Of a DNA stretch of 64,000 nt, positions 31,342 to 42,214 are shown piece after piece; position 1 is the stretch's first letter, and each line of letters begins with the position of its first letter. A program made the translations under genes and the position numbers. The notes beneath the pieces were generated by a model that was not told the DNA's origin, did no database searches, and saw only the letters and a program-made list of their open reading frames with translations. Source of the DNA: Alphaproteobacteria bacterium (GTDB taxonomy: Bacteria > Pseudomonadota > Alphaproteobacteria > GCA-2731375); assembly GCA_965225945.1 (NCBI GenBank), contig CBDDBZ010000036.1, forward strand, positions 128,001 to 192,000, given 5' to 3'.

Positions 31342-32076
31342 ATGGCCAAACCCTCTCCCAGAACCGCCGCCCCGACGGCGCCCCGCCACGTCGCCATTAT
31401 CATGGACGGCAACGGGCGTTGGGCGAAGGCCAGGGGGCTGCCCAGAATCGCCGGGCACCAGAGGGGTGCCGAGTCGGTGCGCCGGACGGTCGAGGCGGCG
31501 CGGGAGCTCGGCATCGGCTATCTGACGCTTTACGCCTTCTCCTCGGAGAACTGGAAACGCCCGCCGGCCGAGGTGGACGATCTCATGGGACTCTTGCGGC
31601 TCTACTTGAGGCGGGAACTGGCGGAGCTCGACAGGAATGACGTGCGGATACGTTTCATTGGCGATCGCGATCGCCTGGCCGGAGACATCGTCGAGCTGAT
31701 CATCGAGGCCGAGGAGAGGACCGGGGGCAATCAGTCGTTGACCCTGATGATCGCGCTCAATTACGGCAGCCACGCCGAGATCGCGCGTGCCGCGCGGGCG
31801 CTCGCCAGCGAGGCGTGTCGGGGCCTGATCGACCCCGAGACGATCGACGAGGAGACCTTCGCGCGCAAGCTCCACACGACCGGCATTCCCGATCCCGATC
31901 TCGTGATCCGCACGAGCGGCGAGCAACGTTTGAGCAACTTCCTACTGTGGCAGGCCGCCTATGCCGAGCTCGTCTTCATGGACACGCTCTGGCCGGATTT
32001 TACCAAGGACAGCCTACGTGAGGCGATCGATGAGTTTCATCGCCGCGAGCGGCGATATGGCGCTACCAACGGCTGA
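31342..32076 (+). CDS. uppS: Undecaprenyl diphosphate synthase
   Basis: [46 protein letters not shown]. Confidence 0.96.
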   Translation: MAKPSPRTAAPTAPRHVAIIMDGNGRWAKARGLPRIAGHQRGAESVRRTVEAARELGIGYLTLYAFSSENWKRPPAEVDDLMGLLRLYLRRELAELDRNDVRIRFIGDRDRLAGDIVELIIEAEERTGGNQSLTLMIALNYGSHAEIARAARALASEACRGLIDPETIDEETFARKLHTTGIPDPDLVIRTSGEQRLSNFLLWQAAYAELVFMDTLWPDFTKDSLREAIDEFHRRERRYGATNG

Positions 32077-32869
32077 GCCCGCGGGCTCGTCGTTGCGAAC
32101 GCGGCTCTTGGCCGCGCTCGTCCTCGCGCCCGTGGCGCTCGCCCTGGTGGTGGCTGGCGGCTGGGCTTTCGCCGCCTTCGTCGCGCTCGGCGCGGCGCTG
32201 ATGGCGCGAGAATGGAGCGAGCTGACCGGCGATGGGGGGTCCTGGACGAGCGTTATTTCGTTGGCGGCCGCTCCGGTGCTCGCCTGTTTTCTCGCCGTCG
32301 GAGGGTGGATCGACATCGCCTTGGGGCTCGTCCTGCTGGCCGTGCCGATGGTTGCGCTCGGCGCGCGGCTCCTGGGGGCGGCGCCGACCTGGTCGGCGGC
32401 GGGTGCTGCGTGGATCGGCCTGCCCTGTCTCGCCCTCGTCTGGCTGCGCGAGGTGCCGGACCAGGGCCTCGTTCTCGTGCTTTGGGTCATGCTGGTGGTC
32501 TGGGCCTGCGATTCGCTCGCATATTTCGCCGGCCGGGCCATCGGTGGCCCGAAATTGGCGCCCCGAATTAGCCCGAAGAAGACCTGGGCGGGTCTCGGCG
32601 GAGGCTGTCTCGGCGCGGCGCTGGTCGGCGCCGCCATGTCGCCCTGGCTCGGCTTCGGCTCGGCCGTCGTGGCGCCGGCGATCGCCATCTTGTTGGCGGT
32701 GGTGGCGCAGACCGGCGACCTCGCGGAAAGTTGGGTGAAGCGACGATTCGACGTCAAGGACAGCGGCCGGTTGATTCCGGGGCACGGCGGCATCTGGGAT
32801 CGGGTCGACGGTCTGTTGTTCGCGGCCCCGGCGGTGGCGGCGTTCGTGTTTCTTGGAGAAGGGGGCTGA
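32057..32869 (+). CDS. cdsA: Phosphatidate cytidylyltransferase
   Basis: [54 protein letters not shown]. Confidence 0.94.
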   Translation: MALPTAEPAGSSLRTRLLAALVLAPVALALVVAGGWAFAAFVALGAALMAREWSELTGDGGSWTSVISLAAAPVLACFLAVGGWIDIALGLVLLAVPMVALGARLLGAAPTWSAAGAAWIGLPCLALVWLREVPDQGLVLVLWVMLVVWACDSLAYFAGRAIGGPKLAPRISPKKTWAGLGGGCLGAALVGAAMSPWLGFGSAVVAPAIAILLAVVAQTGDLAESWVKRRFDVKDSGRLIPGHGGIWDRVDGLLFAAPAVAAFVFLGEGG

Positions 32870-32870
32870 C

Positions 32871-34066
32871 ATGAGCGCTTCGCTTGCTCGCGCGGATGGG
32901 GAGCCGCGCCGCTTGTCCATTCTCGGCGCCACGGGGTCGATCGGTTGCAGCACTCTCGATCTGGTGACGCGCAATCCCGCGGCCTACGAGGTCGAGGTGT
33001 TGACGGCCTATCGCAACGTCGATGCGCTCGCCCGGCAGGCCCGCACGGTCGATGCCACGCTCGCCGTCGTCGGCGACGCGAACCTTTACAAGGAACTCCG
33101 TGACAGCCTGTCCGGCACCAAAACGGAGGTCGCGGCCGATCCGATGCCCTGGTGGAGGCGGCGACCCGACCCTCGGAATGGGTGATGGCCGGCATCGTCG
33201 GCGCGGCGGGTCTGGCCCCGACGCTGGCGGCGGTGCGCCGAGGCGCGGTGGTGGCGCTTGCCAACAAGGAATGTCTCGTCTGCGCCGGCGAGTTGATGCT
33301 GGCCGAGGTGAAGGCGAACGCGGCGACGCTGCTGCCGGTCGACTCCGAGCATAACGCGATTTTCCAGGTCTTCGACTTCGAGCGTCCGGAACGGGTCGAG
33401 CGGATCATCCTCACCGCCTCCGGCGGTCCGTTCCTGGAGATGGAAGTGGCGGACCTCGCCAACGTCACGCCCGAGCAAGCGGTGGCGCATCCCATCTGGG
33501 ACATGGGCGCCAAGATCTCGGTCGATTCCGCGACGATGATGAACAAGGGCCTGGAGATGATCGAGGCCAATCATCTCTTCCCCGTGGCGCCGGGCCAGAT
33601 CGAGGTGTTGATGCATCCCCAGTCGGTGGTTCACAGCCTGGTCGGCTATGTCGACGGCTCGGTGTTGGCGCAACTGGGCCAGCCGGACATGCGGACGCCG
33701 ATCGCCTACACGCTCGCCTGGCCGGATCGCATCGACACGCCGGCGGCGCGGTTGGATTTGGCCCGGATCGGCGCGCTCACCTTTCAGGCCCCCGACGAGG
33801 TCCGCTTTCCGGCGTTGCGTCTCGCGCGCGCGGCGATGGAGGCCGGGGGGGCCGCGCCGATCATTCTCAACGGCGCCAACGAGATCGCGGTCGAGGCCTT
33901 CCTGGCGCGCCGGATCGGCTTTCTCGACATCGTCGAAACCGTGGAGCGGACCCTGGCGACGATCCCGCATACGGACGTCACCAGTCTCGACGAGGTCCTG
34001 TTGGTGGACGGCGAGGCGCGACGGTTCGCGGGCGAAATCGTGACCACCCGGGCCGGAGCGGCCTAG
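32871..34066 (+). CDS. dxr: 1-deoxy-D-xylulose 5-phosphate reductoisomerase with a frameshift near 33138
   Basis: ILGATGSIG in ORF 32853..33185; [46 protein letters not shown] in ORF 33152..34066. Confidence 0.93.
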
Positions 34067-34188
34067 TGCGGCGTCCGGCGACAGCAAACCACCCGATAGC
34101 CATCCATGGCGCGGTAGCCTCGGCGTGGTCGGGGGCGGGTGGCCGGGCTGGACCCGGGATGCGGATCGTGCTGTAGGCGGAGCCGACC

Positions 34189-35598
34189 ATGGAGTACGTC
34201 CTCGACGTTGCGATCTACGTCGTCCCGTTTCTCGTGTTGATAACGGTGCTCGTCTACATCCACGAAATGGGCCACTACCTCGTCGCGCGCTGGTGCGACG
34301 TCCGGGTCGATACCTTTTCCATCGGCTTCGGGCGGGAGATCTATGGTTGGACCAACAGGCACGGCACGCGTTGGAAGATCTCCTGGCTTCCGCTCGGCGG
34401 TTACGTCAAGTTCTTCGGCGACATGAACGCCACCAGCGCGCCGAACGGAGAGATCCTCGATGCCCTGACGCCCGAGGAGCGCGAGGTGGCGTTCCATCAC
34501 AAGCGGCTCTGGCAGCGGACGGCGATCGTGATGGGCGGACCGGCCGCCAACCTGATTTACGCCGTGCTGGTGTTGGCGGTGGTGTTCATGACTTTCGGCG
34601 ACCGGCTCACGCGGCCCGAGGTGGGCTATGTCGTGCCCGACGGCGCCGCCGCCACCGCCGGCCTCGAGCGGGGCGATGTCATCCTGGCGGTCGACGGACG
34701 CGGGGTCGATCGCTTCGAGGCTGTGGCGCAGGTCGCCTTTCTCAATCCTGGCAAGCCCATGGAGCTCGACATTCGCCGGGGCGATTCTGAGTTGCGACTG
34801 CGCCTCGTGCCGACGCCGGTGACCACGGACCGTCTGGATGGCGTGGAGCGGACGATTGGCGATATCGGCTTTATCGCGGCGAGCCCCCCGCTGGTGGGCG
34901 GCGTGCGGGTCGGCAGCCCGGCGGAAGCGGCGGGTTTCCAACCGGGCGATCGAATCGTCGCGGTCGACGGCGTGGCGGTGGACGTGTTCTGGCAGCTCCA
35001 GGACATCGTCCGCGCGAGCGCCGGGCGCTCGCTGGATGTCGAGGTTCGTCGTGGCGAGGAGATGGTGAGGCTCGGCGTCGCGGCGGAAAAGACGGCGCTG
35101 CCGGACGGCTCGGGCGGGACCGTGGAGCGCTATCTGATCGGCATTCACGGCGCCCCGCCACCGCCGGTCCGCCTCGGCGTGTCGAAGGCTTTGTCGAGGG
35201 CGCTGACGTATTCCGTCGATCTGGTCGATCAGACGGTCGAATACCTGGGCCAGGTCGTGGCCGGCGATCGCGGCACCGAGGATCTGGGCGGGCCGATCCG
35301 AATCGCCCATGTTTCCGGTTTAGCGGCGAAACACGGTTTGGAGTCGTTCATAATGCTCTCGGTCCTCCTTTCGCTGAATCTCGGCCTGATCAACTTGCTG
35401 CCCGTGCCGGTGCTCGACGGCGGGCATTTGCTGTTGTACGGCCTCGAGGCGTTGCGTGGGCGTCCGCTGACGGAGCGCATGCAGGAGTACGCTTTTCGAT
35501 TTGGGCTCGTGGTGATATTGAGCTTGGCCATATTCGTGACCTGGAACGACCTGGTGCAGCTCCGCATCGTCGACGTCGTCGCCGGCTTGTTCTCGTAG
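34189..35598 (+). CDS. rseP: RIP metalloprotease RseP (two PDZ domains)
   Basis: HEMGH, FSIGFG, PLGGYVKF, GGPAAN, NLLPVPVLDGGHL. Confidence 0.95.
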   Translation: MEYVLDVAIYVVPFLVLITVLVYIHEMGHYLVARWCDVRVDTFSIGFGREIYGWTNRHGTRWKISWLPLGGYVKFFGDMNATSAPNGEILDALTPEEREVAFHHKRLWQRTAIVMGGPAANLIYAVLVLAVVFMTFGDRLTRPEVGYVVPDGAAATAGLERGDVILAVDGRGVDRFEAVAQVAFLNPGKPMELDIRRGDSELRLRLVPTPVTTDRLDGVERTIGDIGFIAASPPLVGGVRVGSPAEAAGFQPGDRIVAVDGVAVDVFWQLQDIVRASAGRSLDVEVRRGEEMVRLGVAAEKTALPDGSGGTVERYLIGIHGAPPPPVRLGVSKALSRALTYSVDLVDQTVEYLGQVVAGDRGTEDLGGPIRIAHVSGLAAKHGLESFIMLSVLLSLNLGLINLLPVPVLDGGHLLLYGLEALRGRPLTERMQEYAFRFGLVVILSLAIFVTWNDLVQLRIVDVVAGLFS

Positions 35599-35620
35599 AA
35601 CACCGGTCTCGGGAGGGGGA

Positions 35621-37897
35621 ATGAAGCTACGCGCCGCGTTCGTCGCGACCTTGGCCGCGATCGTGCTTCTGTTCGTCCTGCTCCAGGCGGCATGGGCACA
35701 GGGCGGCGTCATTCGTGAAATCCGCGTCGTCGGCAACAACCGCATCGAGGCGGACACCGTACTCTCTCGCATGCTGCTGGCGCCGGGCGACGCATACGAT
35801 GCGGCGCGCGCCGACCGCTCGCTCAAGGCGCTGTTTGATTCGGGTCTCTTCGCCGACGTCGTCTTCCACCTTCAGGGCGAGGTGTTGGTAGTGACAGTGC
35901 TGGAGAACCCGGTGATCAACCGGATTGCCTTCGAGGGCAACAAGCGCATACCCGACGAGAGCATGGAGCAGGAGGTGGCCCTCAGGCCGCGCGAGGTCTA
36001 CACGCGCAGCAAGATCCAGTCCGCCTCGAACCGCATTATCCAGCTCTATCGCCGCTCGGGTCGCTTCGCCGCCACCGTCGAGCCGAAGATCATCAACCTC
36101 GAGCAGAATCGCGTCGACGTCGCCTTCGAGATCAACGAGGGGCCGCTGACCGGTGTCGGCAAGATCGACTTCATCGGCAATCGCGCCTTCGACGACGGCG
36201 ATCTGCGCGATGTGATCGTGACCAAGGAGACAGCATGGTATCGCTTTCTGACCTCCGCCGATTCCTACGATCCCGATCGCCTGACGCTCGATCGCGACCA
36301 GCTTCGCCGGCACTACCGCGACGAAGGCTACGCCGATTTCCGCGTGCTCTCCTCGGTGGCCGAGCTCACCGCCGATCGCAGGTCCTTCTTCATCACCTTC
36401 AGCGTGGACGAGGGCGAGCCGTATGATTTCGGCGAGATCGACTTGACGACGACGCTCAAGAACTTGGATGTGGAGCAGCTGCGCGGTGAATTGACGACGA
36501 TCCAGGGCGAACGCTTCGACGCCTCCACGATCGAGGACTCGCGGGTCAATCTGGCCGACGCGCTCGGCCAGCTCGGCTATGCCTTCGTCGAGATCCGCCC
36601 CCGGATCAGCCGCGATCGGGAGGCGTTGACCATAGCGATTGCTTACGAGGTCAACGAGGGGCCGAGGGTCTATGTCGAGCGAATCAACATCACCGGCAAC
36701 GTGCGCACGCTCGACAAGGTGATCCGCCGCGAGTTCCGTTTCGCCGAGGGGGATGCCTTCAATACCTCGAAGTACCGCCGATCGCGTCAACGCGTACGCA
36801 AACTGGGCTTCTTCGACCGGGTCGAGTTGACTCGCCAGCCCGGCAGCCAGCCGGACCGCGTGATCGTCAACTTGGACGTGCAGGAGCGCTCGACCGGCGA
36901 GCTGATCTTCGGCGCCGGCTTCTCGAGCTCGGAGGCGCTGATCGGCGACATCTCGATCCGCGAGCGCAACCTGTTGGGCCGCGGCCAAGATCTCAGGATT
37001 TCCGTCGCTGCGTCTTTCGTTCGTCAGCAGATCGACATCTCCTTCACCGAGCCCTACTTTCTGGATCGCGAGTTGGCCTTCGGCGTCGACGCCTTTCACA
37101 CCCGCCGCGATCTCCAAGCGCGGAGCTCGTTCGATCAGAGGTTGACCGGGGGCCGCCTTCGCACCGCGTTCGACATTAACGAACGGCTGCGCGCCTCGCT
37201 CAACTACGGGTTACGGATCGACGTGATCAACGACGTCGATGCCTCCGCCTCGGAGTTCATTAAAGCCGAGGAGGGCGAGGAAGTGACCTCGTCCATCGGC
37301 TATCGGTTGGCTTACGATACCTTGGACGATCGGTTCCTGCCGACCACCGGCTACCGCGTGTCGGTGGTCCAGGAGTTCGCCGGTCTCGGTGGCAGCTCCC
37401 GCTATGTCCAGACCACCGCCAAGTTCGTCTACTACTACCCCTTCACCGACGACTGGGTCGGCAGCATTTTGTTGAATGGCGGTCAGATCATCGGGATCGA
37501 CGACGACATCGGCATCATCAATAGATTCTTCCTCGGCGGCGATAACCTACAGGGCTTTGAGTCCGGCGGCGTCGGTCCGAGGGACGCGGTGACCGACGAC
37601 TCTCTCGGCGGCAACATCTTCGCCGCGGCGACGGCGGAACTCCGCGTGCCGCTCGAATTTTTCAGTGACCTCGGCGTGAGCGGCCGCCTCTTTACCGACA
37701 TCGGTACCCTCTACGACATCGACGTCAACGGCGGCGGTACCTTGCTCGATTCGACCGCGCCCCGCATGTCGGTCGGTGCCGGGATTTCCTGGCGCTCGCC
37801 GTTCGGACCGATCCGGATGGACTTCGCACAGGCGATCGTCAAGGAGAATTTCGACAAGGAGGAGTTCTTCCGTTTCAGCTTTGGCACGAGGTTCTGA
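35621..37897 (+). CDS. bamA: Outer membrane protein assembly factor BamA
   Basis: POTRA repeats (GNNRIE, GNVRTLDKVIRRE), SFTEPYFLD, SPFGPIRMD, C-terminal FSFGTRF. Confidence 0.96.
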   Translation: MKLRAAFVATLAAIVLLFVLLQAAWAQGGVIREIRVVGNNRIEADTVLSRMLLAPGDAYDAARADRSLKALFDSGLFADVVFHLQGEVLVVTVLENPVINRIAFEGNKRIPDESMEQEVALRPREVYTRSKIQSASNRIIQLYRRSGRFAATVEPKIINLEQNRVDVAFEINEGPLTGVGKIDFIGNRAFDDGDLRDVIVTKETAWYRFLTSADSYDPDRLTLDRDQLRRHYRDEGYADFRVLSSVAELTADRRSFFITFSVDEGEPYDFGEIDLTTTLKNLDVEQLRGELTTIQGERFDASTIEDSRVNLADALGQLGYAFVEIRPRISRDREALTIAIAYEVNEGPRVYVERINITGNVRTLDKVIRREFRFAEGDAFNTSKYRRSRQRVRKLGFFDRVELTRQPGSQPDRVIVNLDVQERSTGELIFGAGFSSSEALIGDISIRERNLLGRGQDLRISVAASFVRQQIDISFTEPYFLDRELAFGVDAFHTRRDLQARSSFDQRLTGGRLRTAFDINERLRASLNYGLRIDVINDVDASASEFIKAEEGEEVTSSIGYRLAYDTLDDRFLPTTGYRVSVVQEFAGLGGSSRYVQTTAKFVYYYPFTDDWVGSILLNGGQIIGIDDDIGIINRFFLGGDNLQGFESGGVGPRDAVTDDSLGGNIFAAATAELRVPLEFFSDLGVSGRLFTDIGTLYDIDVNGGGTLLDSTAPRMSVGAGISWRSPFGPIRMDFAQAIVKENFDKEEFFRFSFGTRF

Positions 37898-37900
37898 GCC

Positions 37901-38473
37901 GTGTTGGGGACTGTCCCGCGCGCGGCGTTGCTCGCCCTGGCGATTCATATGTGCTTGCCGCTGATCTGGGATAGCGGAGCGCGCGCCGCCGAGGCGATGC
38001 CTCCCGCCTTGATCGCAATTCTCGACTTCAAGCGGGTGATGCGGGACAGCGCGGCGTCCAAGGACATCCGGCGCCAGATCGAAGCCCACCGAAAGTCGTT
38101 TCAAGCGGAAATCAAGCGGGCCGAGGGTAAGTTGCGCGAGGAGGAGGAGAGCCTCAAACGGCAGCGCGCAACCATGGCACCCGATGTCTTCGCCAAGCGG
38201 CGGCGCGCATTCGAAAAAAAAGTGATCGCGCTGCAACGCAAGGTCCAGAATCGCACCCGCGCCCTCGACAATGCTCATAGCCGAGCCATGGCGGAACTCA
38301 GGAAGCCTTTCAGAAAGTTGATCTCCGACTTGGCCAAGGAACGCGGTTACAACTTCATCATCGACAACCGGCACATCTACATCAAAATCGACGGTTACGA
38401 CATCACTCCAGAGGTGATGCGACGTCTCGACGAGAAGGTGCCGAAGATCATGGTGCCCAGGCCGGAAAAATGA
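37901..38473 (+). CDS. OmpH/Skp-family periplasmic chaperone
   Basis: Signal peptide, IAILDFKRVM..S.A, long coiled coil, DITPEVMRRLD; directly after bamA. Confidence 0.85.
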   Translation: MLGTVPRAALLALAIHMCLPLIWDSGARAAEAMPPALIAILDFKRVMRDSAASKDIRRQIEAHRKSFQAEIKRAEGKLREEEESLKRQRATMAPDVFAKRRRAFEKKVIALQRKVQNRTRALDNAHSRAMAELRKPFRKLISDLAKERGYNFIIDNRHIYIKIDGYDITPEVMRRLDEKVPKIMVPRPEK

Positions 38474-38925
38474 ACGAGGGCGAGGGCGAGGTCGTCGACA
38501 TCTCGCGGATCATGGCGATGATTCCCCATCGCTACCCGATGCTGTTGATCGATCGGGTGGTCGATGTGGTGGCGGGCAGCTCGGCCCGAGGGATCAAGAA
38601 CGTCACGATCAACGAGCCGTATTTTCAGGGCCACTTTCCGAACTTGCCCGTGATGCCGGGTGTGCTGATCGTCGAGGCCATGGCGCAGACGGCGGCGATC
38701 TTGGTGGTACATAGCCTCGGCGCGGAGGCGGAGGGGCGCCACGTCTACTTCGTGTCCATCGACGATTGTCGCTTTCGCCGCCCCGTCAGACCGGGGGACG
38801 TGATGTATATCGACGTCGAGAAGCTTCAGGCTCGGCGCAACGTCTGGCGCTTCAGCGGTACCGTCTTGGTCGGCGGACAACGCGCGGCCGAGGCGAAGTT
38901 CGCCGCGATGATCCTCGACGATTAG
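38470..38925 (+). CDS. fabZ: 3-hydroxyacyl-ACP dehydratase
   Basis: IPHRYPMLLIDRV, KNVTINEPYFQGHFP..PVMPGVLIVEAMAQ, FRRPVRPGD. Confidence 0.96.
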   Translation: MNEGEGEVVDISRIMAMIPHRYPMLLIDRVVDVVAGSSARGIKNVTINEPYFQGHFPNLPVMPGVLIVEAMAQTAAILVVHSLGAEAEGRHVYFVSIDDCRFRRPVRPGDVMYIDVEKLQARRNVWRFSGTVLVGGQRAAEAKFAAMILDD

Positions 38926-38988
38926 AGCCATTCAAGATTGCTAGAACCCACTCGTTCCCCCGGCCCGGCGCTTCGGCGGATGCCCATG

Positions 38989-39189
38989 CTATAGCAGGTA
39001 GAGGAGGGTGGCCGACGCGACCGCCACGAGCGCCAGCCAAGCGCTCGCGCGGCGAAACATTGGGCGCGGCGGCTTCGAATTGTCGTTCGCGCCCTGGAGT
39101 CGCGCGCGCCGGGCGAGGCCGAGGTAGCTGGCCGCCGTCCGCGTCGGTGGCGCCAGTGCCCGGGGCCGATGGTCCGCGCTCCGCTTCAT
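38989..39189 (-). CDS. Small hypothetical tail-anchored membrane protein (66 aa)
   Basis: Purine-rich upstream GAGGGGCGAGG; ANDN motif; C-terminal hydrophobic helix AWLALVAVASATLLYLL; co-oriented downstream of gltA. Confidence 0.5.
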   Translation of the reverse strand: MKRSADHRPRALAPPTRTAASYLGLARRARLQGANDNSKPPRPMFRRASAWLALVAVASATLLYLL

Positions 39190-39222
39190 CCTCGCCCCTC
39201 GCCCCGGTCCGCGCTCGAGTCT

Positions 39223-40518
39223 TCAGCCCCGCCGGTGAAGTGGCACGTACTTGCGCGGCTTCTCGCCGGTGTAGATCTGCCTCGGTCGGCCGATCTTCTG
39301 CATTGGATCCTCGATCATCTCGTTCCATTGCGCGATCCAGCCGACGGTGCGGGCGAGCGCGAAGATCGCCGTGAACATGCTGGTCGGGAAGCCCATGGCC
39401 CGGAGAATGATGCCGGAATAGAAGTCGACGTTGGGATAGAGCTTGCGCTCGACGAAATAAGCATCCTCCAGCGCGATTTTCTCCAGCTCCATCGCCAGTT
39501 TCAGCGTCGGCTCGCTCTTGACCCCCAGCTCGTCAAGCACCTCATGGCAGGTCTGCTGCATCACCTTGGCGCGCGGATCGTAGTTCTTGTAAACCCGATG
39601 GCCGAAGCCCATGAGCCGGAAGGGGTCATCCTTATCCTTCGCCTTGGCGATGAATTGGTTGATTTTCGAGACATCACCGATCTCGCCCAGCATGGCGAGC
39701 ACGGCCTCGTTGGCGCCGCCGTGCGCCGGGCCCCACAGACAGGCGATGCCGGCCGCGATACAGGCGAAGGGATTGGCCCCGGAGGAGCCGGCGAGCCGCA
39801 CCGTCGAGGTCGAGGCGTTCTGTTCATGGTCGGCGTGGAGGATGAAGATGCGGTCCATCGCCCGGATCAACACGGGGTTGGGCTCGTAGTCCTCCGCCGG
39901 CACGCCGAAGGTCATGCGCAGGAAGTTCTCCGTGTAGCTCTGATCGTTCCTGGGATAGAGGAAGGGTTGGCCGATGGAATATTTGTACGCCATCGCCGCG
40001 ATCGTCGGCATCTTGGCGATCAGCCGGTAACTCGCCACCATTCGGTGATGGGGATCGTCGATATCCAGGCTGTCGTGATAGAAGGCGGAGAGGGCACCGA
40101 CCACGCCGACCATGATCGCCATCGGGTGCGCATCGCGGCGGAAGCCGCGGAAGAACTGCACCAACTGCTCGTGGATCATCGTGTGGTAGGTGACGTTGTG
40201 CTCGAACTCGTCCTTCTCATCGCGCGTCGGCAGGGCGCCATAGAGCAGCAGGTAGCAGACCTCCATGAAGTCGCTGTGTTCGGCCAAATCGTCGATCGAA
40301 TAGCCGCGGTAGAGCAGGATGCCTTCATCGCCGTCGATGAAGGTGATCTTGCTCTCGCAGCTCGCCGTCGCGACGAAACCGGGATCATAGGTGAAATGGC
40401 CAGTCTCCGCGTAGAGGCGGCGGATGTCGATCGCTTTTGGGCCCATCGAGCCACTCATCAGCGGGAGCTCGTAGCCCTGGTTCGTGGTGGCGTCGGTCAG
40501 CGTGACGTTTTCGGTCAT
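39223..40518 (-). CDS. gltA: Citrate synthase
   Basis: [59 protein letters not shown]. Confidence 0.97.
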   Translation of the reverse strand: MTENVTLTDATTNQGYELPLMSGSMGPKAIDIRRLYAETGHFTYDPGFVATASCESKITFIDGDEGILLYRGYSIDDLAEHSDFMEVCYLLLYGALPTRDEKDEFEHNVTYHTMIHEQLVQFFRGFRRDAHPMAIMVGVVGALSAFYHDSLDIDDPHHRMVASYRLIAKMPTIAAMAYKYSIGQPFLYPRNDQSYTENFLRMTFGVPAEDYEPNPVLIRAMDRIFILHADHEQNASTSTVRLAGSSGANPFACIAAGIACLWGPAHGGANEAVLAMLGEIGDVSKINQFIAKAKDKDDPFRLMGFGHRVYKNYDPRAKVMQQTCHEVLDELGVKSEPTLKLAMELEKIALEDAYFVERKLYPNVDFYSGIILRAMGFPTSMFTAIFALARTVGWIAQWNEMIEDPMQKIGRPRQIYTGEKPRKYVPLHRRG

Positions 40519-40721
40519 TCGTTGGTCCCGATTCGTTGTGGCACCGCGTCGTGGGGCGCCATGGCGCGGACGAGGCGTCATGAACCGCCGCGCGGCTCGA
40601 TGTATCCTTCCCCGTACTATAGGCGAAGCCGGTCAAGCCGGAAATGGGTTCGATTCCCAGGTCGCGTCGGGCGCCGATCAAAAAGATTAACCACGATAAT
40701 TAAGTGCTTGAATAACAATAA

Positions 40722-42128
40722 TTATTCGGCATTGATATCTTCCAGGCGAGCGAGACTTTCCGCGCGCCCGAGCGACCACAGCACGTCATAGATTCCGGGC
40801 GAGACGGCACGTCCCGTCAGCGCGGCGCGTAGCGGTTGGGCGACCTTGCCGAGCTTCAGCCCGCGGTCCTCGACGAAGCCGGCGATGCTCGCCTCCAAGC
40901 TTTCCGGCGACCAAGGCTCGATCGCGCCGAGGATTCCGGCGACCTCGCCCAGGAGTGCCCGCGCGTCGGCGTTGCTGAGCGCCTTGGCCGCCTTCTGGTC
41001 GGGAGCGAGCGGGCGTTCGGCGAGGCAGAAGGCCGCTGCCTCGGCCAACTCGACCACCGTCTTGGCTCGGCTGGCGAGCGCCGGCAGCGCGCGGCGGAGG
41101 CGGGAGACCGTCTCCTCGCCGAGGGTGCGACCGGTCTCCCGCTCGATTTGGGCGACGAGATGCGGCAACAGCAGGTCCTCGCCGGCGGTCCTGAGGTAGT
41201 GGGCGTTGACGCTGTTCAGCTTGGCGAAATCGAAGCGCGCCGCCCCCTTGTTGACGGCGGCGAGGTCGAACCATTCGATCGCCCTAGGCCGGCTGATGAT
41301 CTCGTCGTCGCCGTGGCTCCAGCCGAGACGCAGCAGGTAGTTGCAGATCGCCTCCGCCAGATAGCCCATGTCGCGATAGTCCTGGACGCCAAGCGCCCCA
41401 TGCCGCTTGGAAAGCTTGGCCCCGTCTTCGCCGTGAATCAGGGGGATGTGCGCGAAGGCCGGTGGCGTCCAGCCCATCGCCTGGTAGATCGTCAGTTGCC
41501 GCGCGGCGTTGGTCAGGTGATCGTCGCCCCGGATCACGTGGCTCACCTCCATGTCGTGATCGTCGACCACCACCGCCAGCATGTAAGTCGGCGTGCCGTC
41601 GCTCCGCAGCAGCACCATGTCGTCGATCTGCGCGTTCTGGGTCACCACGTCACCCTGGACCGAATCGTGGACGATCGTCTCGCCCTCGCGCGGCGCCTTG
41701 ATGCGAATCACCGGGTCGCCGCCAGCGGGCGCTTCCGCCGGGTCGCGGTCGCGCCAGCGCCCGTCATAGAGCATCGAACGTCCTTCGGCCCGGGCGGCCG
41801 CGCGCATCGCCGCCAACTCCTCCGGAGTGGCCCAGCAGCGATAGGCCTCGCCCTGGCGCACCAATTCGCGCGCCACCTCGGCGTGCCGCTCGGCCCGGGC
41901 GAATTGCGAGACCACCTCGCCGTCCCAATCGAGGCCGAGCCATTCGAGGCCGTCGAGAATGGCGGCGATCGCCGCCTCGCTCGATCGGGCGCGGTCGGTA
42001 TCCTCGATCCTGAGGCGGAAGCGACCGCCGTGGTGGCGGGTGAAGAGCCAGTTGAAGAGCGCCGTGCGCGCGCCACCGATATGGAGGAATCCCGTCGGCG
42101 AGGGGGCGAAGCGGGTGACGACGGTCAT
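40722..42128 (-). CDS. gltX: Glutamate--tRNA ligase
   Basis: [40 protein letters not shown]. Confidence 0.97.
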   Translation of the reverse strand: MTVVTRFAPSPTGFLHIGGARTALFNWLFTRHHGGRFRLRIEDTDRARSSEAAIAAILDGLEWLGLDWDGEVVSQFARAERHAEVARELVRQGEAYRCWATPEELAAMRAAARAEGRSMLYDGRWRDRDPAEAPAGGDPVIRIKAPREGETIVHDSVQGDVVTQNAQIDDMVLLRSDGTPTYMLAVVVDDHDMEVSHVIRGDDHLTNAARQLTIYQAMGWTPPAFAHIPLIHGEDGAKLSKRHGALGVQDYRDMGYLAEAICNYLLRLGWSHGDDEIISRPRAIEWFDLAAVNKGAARFDFAKLNSVNAHYLRTAGEDLLLPHLVAQIERETGRTLGEETVSRLRRALPALASRAKTVVELAEAAAFCLAERPLAPDQKAAKALSNADARALLGEVAGILGAIEPWSPESLEASIAGFVEDRGLKLGKVAQPLRAALTGRAVSPGIYDVLWSLGRAESLARLEDINAE

Positions 42129-42214
42129 TCGTGTTCCCCGAAGGATGACAAGGGGAGCGGAAGAGCGGCACACTCCCTAGCACAACCTCCGGATCATGGC
42201 GATAGAACCCAATC

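Noticed and set aside
40678-40725. AT-rich patch upstream of gltA as a CtrA box
   Set aside because: The TTAA half-sites are 9 bp apart rather than 7; more simply the gltA promoter region.
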